From Trichosphaerium sp. ATCC 40318 (taxonomy: Eukaryota > Protista > Tubulinea), in contig JALMLS010000612.1 in the NCBI GenBank assembly GCA_038496445.1, forward strand, positions 434,001 through 498,000: a stretch of DNA of 64,000 nt, read 5' to 3'. Below are positions 1 to 12,104 of the stretch, one piece after another. Position 1 is the first letter of the stretch. Every line of letters starts with the position of its first letter. Under the pieces are notes generated by a model. That model had not been told where the DNA came from. It saw nothing but the letters and a program-made list of their open reading frames with translations, and ran no database searches. A program made the position numbers and the translations under genes.

Positions 1-1595
1 TTAAATGTGAAATCCTTAGCAGAATTCTATGCAGTAGGTAGTGTTTCTGTATTACAAAAACAATCTATTAATGCACGTGGGTTTTCAGCAAAGTAAGCCA
101 TAAATAGTCTTTCTCTTTTTTACAAACTATTTAAACACTTTGTTCTAAGCTCTCTTCTCTTTTTCTAGATTCTACGGAGGAAGTATAAGTATCTTACTCA
201 ATAGACTTTATCCCAAGTTTAAGTGGGAACCTTTTCGTTTCAAGTACGGTGTATACCTCGCTGTGCAAATAAGCTTAAGAGCTTTGCTCTTTCTTTTTTC
301 TTATATTTTTACTATGTAGGGTTATGCCAAAGAACCACTGGTCTATTGTAAGAAACCAGATGGATTTCTTTGAGAACACTGCAAGAGAGCTTTATCTGAT
401 GACCCTTGATGAATTTTATGATATGACAACATCAGAATTTATTGATCTTGGCGCTTCTGGTCTTATTCTCAGGCAGTACGACACCAGCAGTTGGTGATTA
501 TTTAGCATATAACGCATACTAGGTATGGTGGATCGTACGTTAAGGCATTACAAACGGTGTATCCCAACTACGAATGGAAAGATTATGAGTTCAAGTACGA
601 CATTCTTTGTCGTGATACGCAAAGTACTAATAAATGTTACAAGGATTGCTCCACGACACGCTTGGGAAAATAAGGAAGGTGTAACGAAATACTTATCTGG
701 TATGTAGTACACTATTTGTAAGTTGTATTTGATTTATTAACAATTAAGTTAGTACTTGAAGACAGGTTACAAATTTCAAGACCTGAAGAATGGTACAGGG
801 TATCATTGGAGAGATTAAAAGAGAATGCAAAAACGACTTTTCTTGCTTCATCTTTCCCCCAGTGTTTGAGTCTACTCCACCCAGAGATGTCATGGGACTT
901 TAGTGTATTCGAATACCGAGCAAAAAAGACAGTACAATGGTACTCTAAACCGGTTTTTTATGAAATACCTCAGGTTTTCCTAAAGCTATTTGTATAAATT
1001 AGGAGTTTGTACCGGCGTGTCGTAGACTTGCTCCCTGATTTTGAGATAAAAGAGGAAATCGATTTAAGTAGATATTTTCAAGGCAAGTCGACACGTGTGG
1101 ATATTTATATTCCTACACTTCGTCTTGCACTTGAGTACCAAGGTAAAGAAACGTAAACTATTTTTCTTATCTTTTGTTTTGCTTTCTAACAACCTTACCA
1201 GGACAACAACACTACCACGATGTTAGTTGCTACGGACTTGCACACATGTGGAAGAGAAATGATAAATTGAAGAAACGTGATTGTGAAGCAATGGGCACGT
1301 GAACATGAGTCACTTTTCGAGTCCAGCATTCACTAAACTTTGAGCTTTCTTCTTACAATAAGTATTTAGGTGTAACTTTAGTACCAATACCGTATTGGTG
1401 GAACCAAGATAAATGGAGCGTTGCTGCAACCATAATGCATTACAGGAACGTACTTCTTTTGTTTAATTATTTATACATACTGATAGTTGTTCTAGACCTG
1501 ATATTCGGTTTACTGGTATACCAAATGGGGTGAAGCCGCTAGTACAACCGACCTCAACGTTTTTTCAAGCAAAAAACAAACAAATCCTGCTGTGA
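1..1595 (+). CDS. Trp-rich tandem-repeat protein with C-terminal PD-(D/E)XK (DUF559/Vsr/RAP-like) nuclease domain; 5' end outside window (paralog A)
   Basis: Spliced exons give repeats (PKNHWS..RNQMDFFENTAREL..DEFY..GASGL..YGGSY..ALQTVYPNYEW), then AKKTVQW..RVDIYIPTLRLALEYQGQQHYH..GVTLVPIPYWW; stop TGA at 1593-1595. Confidence 0.8.
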
Positions 1596-2312
1596 ATAGT
1601 TACTCTATTGAATGTAACCTCAAAAGTGATCGCCGTATGTTTCTCACTCGCGCTAAGAACTTAGATTTATAATCCATGTTAAGGACAAGCATCGGACAAG
1701 AAGTTTGAGCTCTACAGCACCCACCGTAGCAGTTGGCTCTATGCATAGGCATGGCAACTGTTAGATCCACGAGTGCTCGGCAAGCATCACAAATAGTAGG
1801 ACTGACAGGCTGACTCGCTCAGTACAGTAACTTGGTTAACCTGTAGTCGACCATCATGACGATGCTTTTTACCCGATGTACCGCTTAAAGATGAGAACTT
1901 AAACAAAAAAGACCATTACCACTTCCAGCTTTTACTTACGATTAACTTGATGGCAACAATCGCAACAGAGGAAAATCAGTACGTAGTGCTTCAAGTACAA
2001 AACATTTACTTGCCACAAACACAAAAACCCTTAAAACTCTAAAACGGTCTTTTTTGTACTTAGACGCGTGTCTATTCTAAAGGTTACAATAGGACGTTAT
2101 TTTTAGACACTTTAGGGACAGACGCGCTTCTGTGTATTTTTGACTTTGTAGACAGGCCGTCAAAGTTCGCTATAGCGCGTACGTGTACAGTACTATCCGA
2201 TATAATCCATGAAATCGTTGGCTACGGCCAAATTACCATTTCCAAGTTAAGGAGCCTTAAGGTACGACGCACAGCTTAGCTGTGTCTGCCTGACTTTTTT
2301 TTTCCGTTGTAG

Positions 2313-3524
2313 ATTCTGAGGAGGAGTAAAGGATTACGCAATAATACTCGAATCATTATCAATAGGCTTTTTAAATTACGTGACAAGCATGCATACTTAT
2401 TGGCTGGTATTCGCGATCTATCTATACACGAACAATATGATATTACATTCAAGACTTATGATAAACTTGCTGGAGCATATAGACTCAATCTGAGCTATTC
2501 AAGTATCAACGATGAAGGTCTCAGATCTATTGCTGGCGTACACACGCTTAATCTTTGTGCTACACATCATACATCTGATGAGGGTATTGAGGCTCTTAAG
2601 GGCGTACATGAGATTAATCTAGAAAGCAAGAACATTACAGGATCTTGTTTTAAAGGGCTGAAAGGAGTTCACACTATCAATTTAACTGGTTGCCATAATC
2701 TAAGCAATGAGTATATGCATTACCTAAAAGGAGTTCACAAGATAACGCTCTCTTGTTCTAGCATTACAGAAACTGGCATTCAAGCTCTTGCGGGCGTACA
2801 CACAATCGATTTACGAAAAATGAAAGACGGCGCTGTGACAAATGATGCCGTTAAGGCATTGGCTGGTGCTCATACTATTTACATTAACAATTGCCTTAGT
2901 GTCACTGACGAAGGTGTCAAGGCTCTTGCTGGGGCGCACACGCTGTTTTTGGCGTGCCTTGATATTACTGATGACGCTGTCGTTACTTTAGCGGGAGTTC
3001 ATCACATTGTTCTAAAAGATAACCACAACATCACCGATAGATCAATGAAAGCGCTCGCTGGTGTTCACACTATTGATATATGCAATTGTAGTAAAGTTAG
3101 AAGCGAGGGTATAAAGGCTTTAGCTGGAGTTCACACAATCTTTATGAGAGAGACTAATGTTGACGATGAAGCTCTGAAAGCAATAGGTCGTCATGTTCAT
3201 ACCATTTGTCTCTCGCGTTGTATGTCTATTACTGATGCTGGTATTAAGTATTTAACTTCTGTACATACTATTGATATCAGAGGTTGTACTACATTGACAG
3301 ATGAAGGTGTAAAGGCGCTTGCAAATCCTAATATCTTTAAAGTTAATATGAGTGAGATTGACTTAACATTGGATAGTTATAACTGCCTTAAAGAGGCTGG
3401 TGCAAAACACTTAGTGAGCTATGGTTGTCTAAGAATGGGTGATAAAGGAAATTACGGATCCTTCTTTAGAATTAGAGCAACGATTCAGAAAAATGGACCG
3501 GCTTGTGGCTGTGGTTTGTATTGA
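2313..3524 (+). CDS. Leucine-rich repeat protein (RNI/AMN1-like, GVHTI.L..C..ITDEG.KAL repeats); long terminal exon, 5' exons unresolved
   Basis: ORF 2400-3524 has about 13 ~24-aa repeats; the frame stays open back to a TAG acceptor at 2312. Confidence 0.85.
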   Translation: MLRRSKGLRNNTRIIINRLFKLRDKHAYLLAGIRDLSIHEQYDITFKTYDKLAGAYRLNLSYSSINDEGLRSIAGVHTLNLCATHHTSDEGIEALKGVHEINLESKNITGSCFKGLKGVHTINLTGCHNLSNEYMHYLKGVHKITLSCSSITETGIQALAGVHTIDLRKMKDGAVTNDAVKALAGAHTIYINNCLSVTDEGVKALAGAHTLFLACLDITDDAVVTLAGVHHIVLKDNHNITDRSMKALAGVHTIDICNCSKVRSEGIKALAGVHTIFMRETNVDDEALKAIGRHVHTICLSRCMSITDAGIKYLTSVHTIDIRGCTTLTDEGVKALANPNIFKVNMSEIDLTLDSYNCLKEAGAKHLVSYGCLRMGDKGNYGSFFRIRATIQKNGPACGCGLY

Positions 3525-3586
3525 GTTGAAAAATAAAGCATTTCAACAACAAATCAGTATTTATTTGAGTTGAGTCACAGACGAGT

Positions 3587-4870
3587 TTAAACAGCGTCTG
3601 TGAAGTAGCAAATGTTATCAGCGTTTCTTACAGCATTGGTAGGATTAGTTCTTGCCAAGTTTTGACATGCACTTCTTCCGTAAACGTAATCCTAAAAGCG
3701 GAATAAACTTAATAAAAAACCCCGAAAACAAAAGCGAGAAACTTACATTTGTTCCACCAATGGAGTTGAAGTGGGACATCTCGTGTACAATAGTCTCGGC
3801 CCGTTCGTTAGGGAGCGTGAAAAATAGGTTACATAAGTACACACGGCGAGAGCTATCGCTTGGGTATACATAGGCGTAAACATTGCTGCCACAACTGTTG
3901 ACTTTTGTTAGTACATAATGCAGTTACAACTTTGTTGGACATACCCAGCTGGCATACAGTAACAGTTAAACGAGTTAGCGTTCAAGCTACCGTCAATTCT
4001 ATTACACATATCCCTTACATTATTCCAACGCGATCCACTATTGACACCCAACCATGTAGTGGCTTGGCTATTGCTGTAAAAGAGTCAAAAACAACAGTTG
4101 AAAATTCAAAAGAATTTGTTTGAGATCGCGTACCAAGTGCCTGAACGAAGACAGTTGTATCCTCTTGCAGCTTCTTGTTTACCTTGGTTAACGGCACTGC
4201 GAACCTATAATAGTTGTTGGACGATTGTACCAAAATTAAGTTGAAAAACTTGCTTGAGTTTGTTGGTTACTGTTGCAGTTCTGGTAGTCTCTTAGAATAT
4301 CTACTGAAGGCTTTGGCGGTTTTACTTCTGTCACTCTGATTGTCGTTTTAGATCTTGTAACCTCAGATGGTACAACTTGGGCGTAAGAAGGGATTTGTAG
4401 GTCCACAGTGTACTCTCCTACTTTTCCAAGTTGGTACGACAAACTCAGATCAACTTCAATGTTGATAGTGGAGTGTTCTGGTACGACCAAAAACTCTTCT
4501 GGTAGTGGGTATGGTCCTACGAAAAAAGTTGGGTGAACGAACAACACAAAAAACGGATTGTAATTTGGTAACACCCACGTGATTTTGAAAAGCCACGTGT
4601 AATTTGTAATAATTAATGACATTAACAAAAATAGTTACCTCTTCTATAGATAGCACCAGTGTACATTGCCACATCACCGCTTTTGCTTTTTACAAGGAAC
4701 ATGTCACTTCTTATGCCCTCAAAAGGAGTACCCCACTTTAGAACCTGTACAGGGGCGTCTGAAGGGTTTGTAATCGCGTATCCGACTGTTGTAGCATCTT
4801 TTGTGCTTATTGATACTTCAAATGCAGTAACACATAGAGCCAAGGCGAGAGAAAGTATGATCAACTTCAT
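3587..4870 (-). CDS. Secreted peptidyl-Lys metalloendopeptidase (M35 / aspzincin family)
   Basis: Signal peptide MKLIILSLALALCVTA; propeptide VLKWGTPFEGI; YAYVYPSD; HEMSH zinc motif followed by GGT.DY.YG; C-terminal NADN. Confidence 0.9.
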
Positions 4871-5154
4871 GGTAGATTGTTCGGATGTAAAATGGAAAGT
4901 TCCAAGCTCTAAACCAGGGTTGCTCTTACCCTGGTTGAAGTGTACCACGCACAAGAAATGTCACATTTTCGATGGTTTGGCAAACAAGTAGAAGTAAATC
5001 CGTTATCATTCAGCTAGTGCCAATTAATTTATCTTATTTGTTTCTTACACTTTCCACAAGAAGAACAACTAGCTCTCGTATTATGCTTAGCATAAACGTG
5101 CTATACAGTCAAAAACAAGAGAACAAAGTCACATAAGCTGAAGCTAAACTGAAA

Positions 5155-6444
5155 ATGACTATGTCAGGCTCAAATAATCGATCTGCTACCACGTGGTATT
5201 ATTCACTCAATAGTTACTTGTGTTGACTCTCTTGTATTCTCTGGTTAGCACAGAGGACGCGTTATTTATCGACCATGAGCGCATTGACGCCTTTTCTACC
5301 TCATAATCACATAAGTTGCCTCTATTGGCTATTATTCAATAAAGAATCAGACGTGGATACTGTAGAGAAGCGGTATGTGCATAATACAGCAATAATCACT
5401 CTTACGGATAATAGTCACGCTGTACGATCAAAATTCGCCTCTATATTCCCCTGGACTATTTCATTAATTACATGGATCGATTTGCTAATACTGTCAGTAT
5501 CTCTCGACATAACAACAATAAAACGCTACGATACTGCTATCCTAGGCTCGATACTATGGCTAATAGGTCCGTTAATGTATAAACAACGCTTTTTAACAAC
5601 GTCATTTAGGTTTCGCCCTAACGTCATTTTTCGGTACAAGAAATAACGGTATATGGCAGGTAGTTACCTTTTTAACAAGTTATTTACTACAGGTACGACA
5701 ATAAAAAAGCTACAACCTCGTTTTGACACTTTCTTTTCTTTCAGAGCAAAATTCTACATTGGCAGCATTCTATTGAGTTTATAATTGCATTCACAATGAC
5801 ACGTTCATTACTGATGATTGTATTCTTCTTTGCTTATACAAGAATGTCAATAACACTTGACAGATACGCAATGAGATTTCCTACTGGAATTATTTGCTCA
5901 AATATGGCATTAACATTTCTTCATTTACAAACTTTACGTCATGCCTTTACAGATGAATTTGATCTTTATGTTACAATTATAACAGCATTATTTTTTGGAC
6001 TATTGGCGACTATGATTTGGGCTATTATTGGTAAACCATTACAAGGTATCGCGAAATGAACTGTTAATTTTTTTTTGATTGACACATTTCAAAGAAATGG
6101 CTACAAGACGTGCTCAAGTAATCGGTCTTGCTTTCGGACCAATGGTTGTTTCTTGCTTCTTCATGTTCATCACAGCGTGTATAGCATCAGGGAAGCTATC
6201 TGCAGAGGATAGAATACAAATATCATTAGCTGTGGGTTGTACTCTAGGTCTAGGTCTATTTGTCTTACAGTCGACATTAGGCTTTTTTTCATGTAAGCAA
6301 TTTTCTATTATACTTTCTGTTGTTGACCTTCTCTGTTTTATAGCACTTCAAGGCGTTGCTTACAATGCCTTTATTACTGCTTACACTGGTTTCTATTGCT
6401 GGCAGTACTATGTACTGTATAAAAACGAAAATGTGGCGAGATAA
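5155..6444 (+). CDS. Multi-pass membrane protein, unknown function
   Basis: Consecutive hydrophobic exons (5275-5646, 5796-6059, 6079-6444) separated by intron-like spacers; start approximate. Confidence 0.55.
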
Positions 6445-6580
6445 ACTTTGTTATTGTACTATACAAGATACTGAACTATTTTTGTACAAAGTGAAAAAAA
6501 AAAACGCGCTTCTCGTGCTACAGACTTGACCAAGGTTTTTAAATCCATTTTTTTGTTTGTCAACGGCGCAAGTGTTCAAG

Positions 6581-7184
6581 TTATTTTTTGGCTGGAATTG
6601 GTCCTTTTGGCTTACTTTTCAATGCACCGGCGAAGTTCTGTTGTTTGATTTGACGAGCAGTAGCTATAAAGGTGTTAGGAGCTCGGCGTTAAAGAAAAAA
6701 AAGTGAAATTGCAGGAAATTAGAATTTAGTTGCTGTTTTGAGTCGAATAACGCTTGGAGATAATATTTCTATACCCTTTCTCAATTTGTTGTTGAATCCT
6801 CCAACAATTTTTGTTTCTTTTACTATAGCAAGCCCTACAGTGTGTTATAACAACCAGCGTTACGCTAAAACGTACCTCCGTCCATGAAATCTCTGTTTAC
6901 ACGTTGTACCATTAAATTTTCAATATTTGTATTAATCATTTTACCCATGCGCTATTAGGCGTTATACATCGGTTTTGGTGACGAAATATGGCTACCTTTT
7001 TAGATTTTCCAGCTAGAGCTTTTCTACCTTTAGCATTCCTCTTCACTAGCATTATATAAGCCCATAAATATGTTTAAAAACCAGTACATCCTCGTCTAGT
7101 GACTTGCGTCTTTTTGCGAGCCTTAGACGTTGTTTTCTTTTTTGTTCTGAGCTGATTATTCGATCGTCTACCTCCTTGAGTCAT
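6581..7184 (-). CDS. Small basic protein, possibly UPF0390/C19orf53-like
   Basis: Spliced MTQGGRRSNNQLRTKKKTTSKARKKTQVTRRG..RKALAGKSKK..KETKIVGGFNNKLRK..ATARQIKQQNF..PAKK*; family call is from weak remembered similarity. Confidence 0.35.
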
Positions 7185-7320
7185 TTTGTGCTTGAACTAT
7201 GTAAGTTTATCTGTAACTTAACCGATACTTAAATAATGTTGAGCTGTACTAGTACACGTAACGTAGAATACATGGTTAAGGATTTCAGCTTTGATTTCGA
7301 CGTGTGTCTAAACAATAATA

Positions 7321-10300
7321 ATGAGTAGTATCAAATGCGCCTGTACAGCATCGAGGGGATATATCAGCGGTACTAAAAGGCGATACTGCATTAAACGTCA
7401 TGCATTACACATACAAAGTCGCTCCTACGCAATAAAACTACGCAAAAATATCATTGGTGAGCTTTATAGTAGTGTCAAATATCCAATAACATATTAAATC
7501 AGGAAAGCAAGAGTTACTCACTCCAGAAGGGCAACGACAGTTTTTTGATAACGCAGCTAAAAAATTTAACGTTTCTGGTAAATCTGATTGGGATAAATTG
7601 TCAGCGAAAGAAATGTTCAAACTTTCAGGCGGTTATATCATTATGAAGTGCGTTAATCATCCTGTAATCCTGATTATATACCTTACGCGTATGTAGGGAG
7701 CATAGATTCGATCTTCAGAGAGCTCTTAAAGCTGTATATTCAGAGACAGAACTAGAAAAAGAAACACCAGAGAAAGCTTTTTTTGATATTCTCGCTTCTT
7801 CTCATTGGCCTGCTGGCCCTGATCGTTGGAATGACAGAGATTACCAACTTCGATTCTTGGCAAGGCTTTGTAAGTTCCTAAAGATAGATCCTAAAGACCA
7901 GGAAGGATGGCACGTGATTTTTTGAAAAGTTTACTTTTTATGCGGAAAACTAACATATTTTACTAGGTACAATATGAACTATACTGTAGTGAAAGAGAAC
8001 GGTGGTGAAGGATTTTTGAATGAATACGGTGGTTCCTTTAGCGTTGCACTGTTGTCGTTGTTTCCCGATAGACCTTGGAAAATCTGGAAGCTTAGCAAAG
8101 GTTTGATTTTACTTTTGTTGTTATTGTCTTCTATTGACTTTATTCTCATTGTGGGTTTAGAGGGTCAAGTGCCCAACGATTACTGGAAAAAACATAATAA
8201 TCTACGAATGTACTTTGATTTGGTTGCAAAGGAACTAAAGATGGATAATGCACCTGTTGAATGGTACAAGCTAAACCCGAAACAAGTAGTCAAACTTGGA
8301 GGACAATCTTTGTTAAAAGAGTATGAATTTTCTCTTATCAAAGCGCTCAAAGTAGCATATCCCAAGGAGGAGTGGCGTATCTGGAAATCAGGTTTGTTAG
8401 TTTTGGTGCATAGTTTGTTAATTAATCAACGTACTAGAGCTTATACCACCACAGTTTTGGGAAAACTTGGACAATATTGTAGAATTCTTGAGGTACCATA
8501 ACCCTTATTGCATTCTTTGACCTTTGTTTTTCAAGAGACACAGAAAATGAGCTACGTATAACAAATGCAAATCAGTGGTACTTTGTTAGTTACTCAGATA
8601 TTGGTAAGTGCCTTTTTTTGTTTTTGGGGAACTCGTTAACCTATCACTAGCCTCAATGCAAGGTGAGGTATTGGTTAGAGATTATAAACATTTTTTTGAA
8701 GAGGCATTAGTCACGTGTAAGTCGAAATCATGTGATGTCATTTAGTTAATAACTGTCCGCAGTGCATCCTAACTTTAAGTGGGACTTTTCAAAGATACTT
8801 CATACGCAGCGTACACGTGCATTAAAGTATGTGATGCATCTTATTTATATGTTTCTAATGTTGTAAAGAATGGCTCTTTCAATACTACGAAAAGAGTTTC
8901 CTTCGACTGAGCTTCAAAAAAATGCAGTTCTAACGCTCGAGGCGCATGAAAGCGACGAAGTAGATAGAACTATTAAGTTTGATATGTATTTACCCTCCCT
9001 TCGGCTGGCGTTAGACTTTCAAGGTAAAAAGCAAGCACATCAATACAGAAAAAATCATTTAAAAGTAGTAGCTCACTACTTAGTTTATAGACGAAATTTC
9101 AGCTGCTCGAAAGTCTCATGATATTCTACCTGGTAATAGCAATCAAATAGAGGAAGAAAATAAAATAAAAGATAGCAAAGAAATGGGTAATTGAAAGAAC
9201 AACCAAATGTATCAAAGCTAATTACTACTTTTAGATATAACACTTATAGTAGTTCCTTATTGGTGGGATAGGAAAAAACACTCGTTACTTGGTACTATTG
9301 GAAGTCGTCGCCCAGATATTGAGATTAATATTCCCGATAATGCTGAGCCATTTTCTTCAAAGCAGTTCGAAAACAAAGACAAGTTTGGTAAGAAAAATGA
9401 TGTTAACTTAAGTTATTTCTTACATTTATTTAAACAGATGAAATTGAGTTTATGCTTGCATCAGAGTTCGACAAAACTGTTGACCCAAAAAATTGGTATT
9501 TCCTTAACCTTAAAATAAGTCATTTAGTTCTATTTAGGTGGATACAAGAACAATTAGATGGCCTAAGGTATGGATTTGGTTATCTCTCGATTTAAAAATT
9601 ATAGGGCTATGTGGACAGGTTCCGAGTTTGTTTGTCGTGGTGGACATACACTCGCATTACCAGCTGATTTAAAGGCTCTCCTACCAAAGGTACATACTGT
9701 GGTAAATGTTTAAAGTATTTATTATCATCAGGGAGTAATATTAGATGGAGAATTACAGTACGGAATAAAACAAGAATCTTTCAAACATAAATAATAAAAA
9801 ACATAGCATTCGACGAAGGAACCACTTGACAGTTGTTAATACATTACTCAATGAAGATCCTAACTGGAAAAACGTAAAATTTCACGTCTTTGATACACCA
9901 ATACAAAATTGCTGGTACGCTTCCTGAGTATTTTGTGGAGGAATAAACAAGCCAACTTTTTTTTTGTTTATTCAATTAAAGGTACAATTTGAGATACAAA
10001 CGTCTTAAAGAGCTGATACCGAATTCCAACGATTTTGTTTCAGTAGTAGAAACTTGGACTTGTAATGACAAAAAACACTTGGTTCAAGAATTAAAACGAA
10101 TAGTAGCACTTGGAGGCACGTTCCAAAAATACTACTTGCTTCGTTTTTATTATGACCTTCTCATGCTTTTAACAGGCGAGGGTATTATTCTTCGAAAGCC
10201 CAATTCGTACTATACTCAAGGAAGAACACATAACATGATCAAGATAAAGGTAAACAAACTTTGAAGAAGATAAGCTACTCTTTGAACACAACTTAATGTT

Positions 10301-10669
10301 GTTCTTAGAAATATCGTGATGTTGAAGTAAAGTTGCTTCGTGTAGAAAAAAACTCAACACATTTGCATTGCCAACTGTACGTCTGTCATAAATTGTACAA
10401 AGCCTTTATATGTTTATAATTGTAGACCAAGTGGTAAGGAAATCAAGGTGTGGTGTAGTAAAGCAGTGCACGATGATCCTCCAGAATTAGGTAGCTGCAC
10501 TACACTTTAAGTATCTTTATTGTGAGCTTATACATAACTTATAGAGGGTGTCATTATAATAAAATATACAGGCAAAACTAAGGAGGGTAATTTGAAAGAA
10601 CCATTTTATCACAGAGAATGTCTAGAGTATGATTGGGAACACGTGTGTAAAGTATACAAAAAGTCATAG
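7321..10669 (+). CDS. Mitochondrial-presequence repeat protein with degenerate PD-(D/E)XK domain and C-terminal ATP-dependent DNA ligase fold (adenylation + OB), motif I Lys->Gln (paralog B)
   Basis: N-term MSSIKCACTASRGYISGTKRRYCIKRHALHIQSRSYA; Trp repeats; KFDMYLPSLRLALDFQD..VVPYWW; then FMLASEF..NWWIQEQLDGLRAMWTG..VILDGEL..FHVFD..GGEGIILRKPNSYY..GRT..MIKIK..IKYTG..EPFY; junctions across the nuclease-ligase boundary are in frame. Confidence 0.85.
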
Positions 10670-10901
10670 AAGCTGGGTAGTTACGTTGTATAAAAACCTC
10701 AATATAAAGCAAACGTCGTCTTCCCATGTGTAGTATTGTTACATAAATGTGAAGTCTTTTTGGTACACTCCATTAAATACTAAAAGTGCATGCGAGATGT
10801 AACTACTTGTATAAACATTTATTCGTTGCATCTGCATAAACTAAAACTTGAGTTTTTTATTTATTTAATCATCTATGTTGTTTTCTGTCACGTGATTTTG
10901 C

Positions 10902-11810
10902 CTAGCTCCACCTAACTGGACGTTCTACACATTTAATACCCAATGACTCAATACCTTTACGTGTTATATCACAATACTCACCAATTTCAACAACCTTGAG
11001 CGACTTCATATACTTCAAACATTCATCTGTAATAGTAACATAATGTGATACAACTAATTCTTCAAGGTTTACTAGTCTCTTCATACCTTCATCTGTAACG
11101 TCGAATAAACGAGCAAGTACTAGGTTTTTGACATTTTTCAACTCGACGATACCTGCATCTGTTATATCTCCGCTTACCTGAACCGTATGGACATTTGCGA
11201 GGTGTCTAAGCCATGAATCTTTTGCGTGCCACACTGTAATCTTATGTACACCCTTGAGTGCTTCTATACCTTTAATAGTGACGCGATCACAACCAGCAAT
11301 GTCTATTGTATGTACATCTTTTAACTCTTTCAAGCCTTCATCAGTTACGCCCTTACAATTAGATAATAGAATCGTGTGAACGCTTCGTAGCGACTTTAAT
11401 GTAACGTCTGATATTTCTGCTCCGCAAAGGCTTATCTTATGAATAGAGTGTTTACCACCTTGAAGTAGCGACACCATTGCTTTATCTGCGTTGCTTATAG
11501 CGTCTAGATTTACTGTATGTATGCCATAAAGGCAAGCCAAGTCGCTATCAGTTACCTTATAACCAGCACAGCTGAATTCAGTGTTTTTTAGCAACGGGCT
11601 ACCCTTTAGAAAGCGACAATCCGACGCTACTTTGTCTCGTTTCAATTTTATAAATCCAAAGCCGATATTACCACGTATGATGTTGTTAAAACGTCGAGAG
11701 ACTACAGTAGACGCTATAAGCTGTTTTTTGTTCAAATACAGTAGAATGCACGTTAATATCTCTGGTGGTAAGCACTGGGTCGAAAGAACTTGTCCCCCTG
11801 CTTCGGACAT
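10902..11810 (-). CDS. Intronless F-box/LRR protein
   Basis: F-box LPPEILTCILLYL..VSRRF, then VHTI.L..C.GVTDEGLKEL repeats. Confidence 0.9.
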   Translation of the reverse strand: MSEAGGQVLSTQCLPPEILTCILLYLNKKQLIASTVVSRRFNNIIRGNIGFGFIKLKRDKVASDCRFLKGSPLLKNTEFSCAGYKVTDSDLACLYGIHTVNLDAISNADKAMVSLLQGGKHSIHKISLCGAEISDVTLKSLRSVHTILLSNCKGVTDEGLKELKDVHTIDIAGCDRVTIKGIEALKGVHKITVWHAKDSWLRHLANVHTVQVSGDITDAGIVELKNVKNLVLARLFDVTDEGMKRLVNLEELVVSHYVTITDECLKYMKSLKVVEIGEYCDITRKGIESLGIKCVERPVRWS

Positions 11811-12104
11811 AGTGCAATTGTGTTTGACGTGTTTTGACTACTATCTATTTTTATCGCAAGGACAGTAACGGGTGGGTAAAAAAACTTCCGGATTTTGCCT
11901 TTCCGCAGAAAACTGCTCATCAGGAACTAAGTGGTCTAGAGTTTTGAAGTCTTGATACCTATTACCGGAATGGTTGACAAAATCACGTCAAAAGATTGTT
12001 ATATGCACTTGGTATTGCGTTTGTACAAAGTGCACGACTGGTTACTTCATGGCAATTCTGAATTGTTTTTGTTTATTGTACTTTTTTTTTGTTGAATTGA
12101 GTTT

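Noticed and set aside
473-522. Possible GC donor (AG|GCAGTA)
   Set aside because: A GT donor 3 nt downstream (CA|GTACGA) also keeps the frame, so GC is not required.
1650-2000. Cys-rich minus-strand stretch (ICDACRALV..CYGGCC), superficially saposin-like
   Set aside because: Could not build a consistent start, splice pattern or six-Cys spacing.
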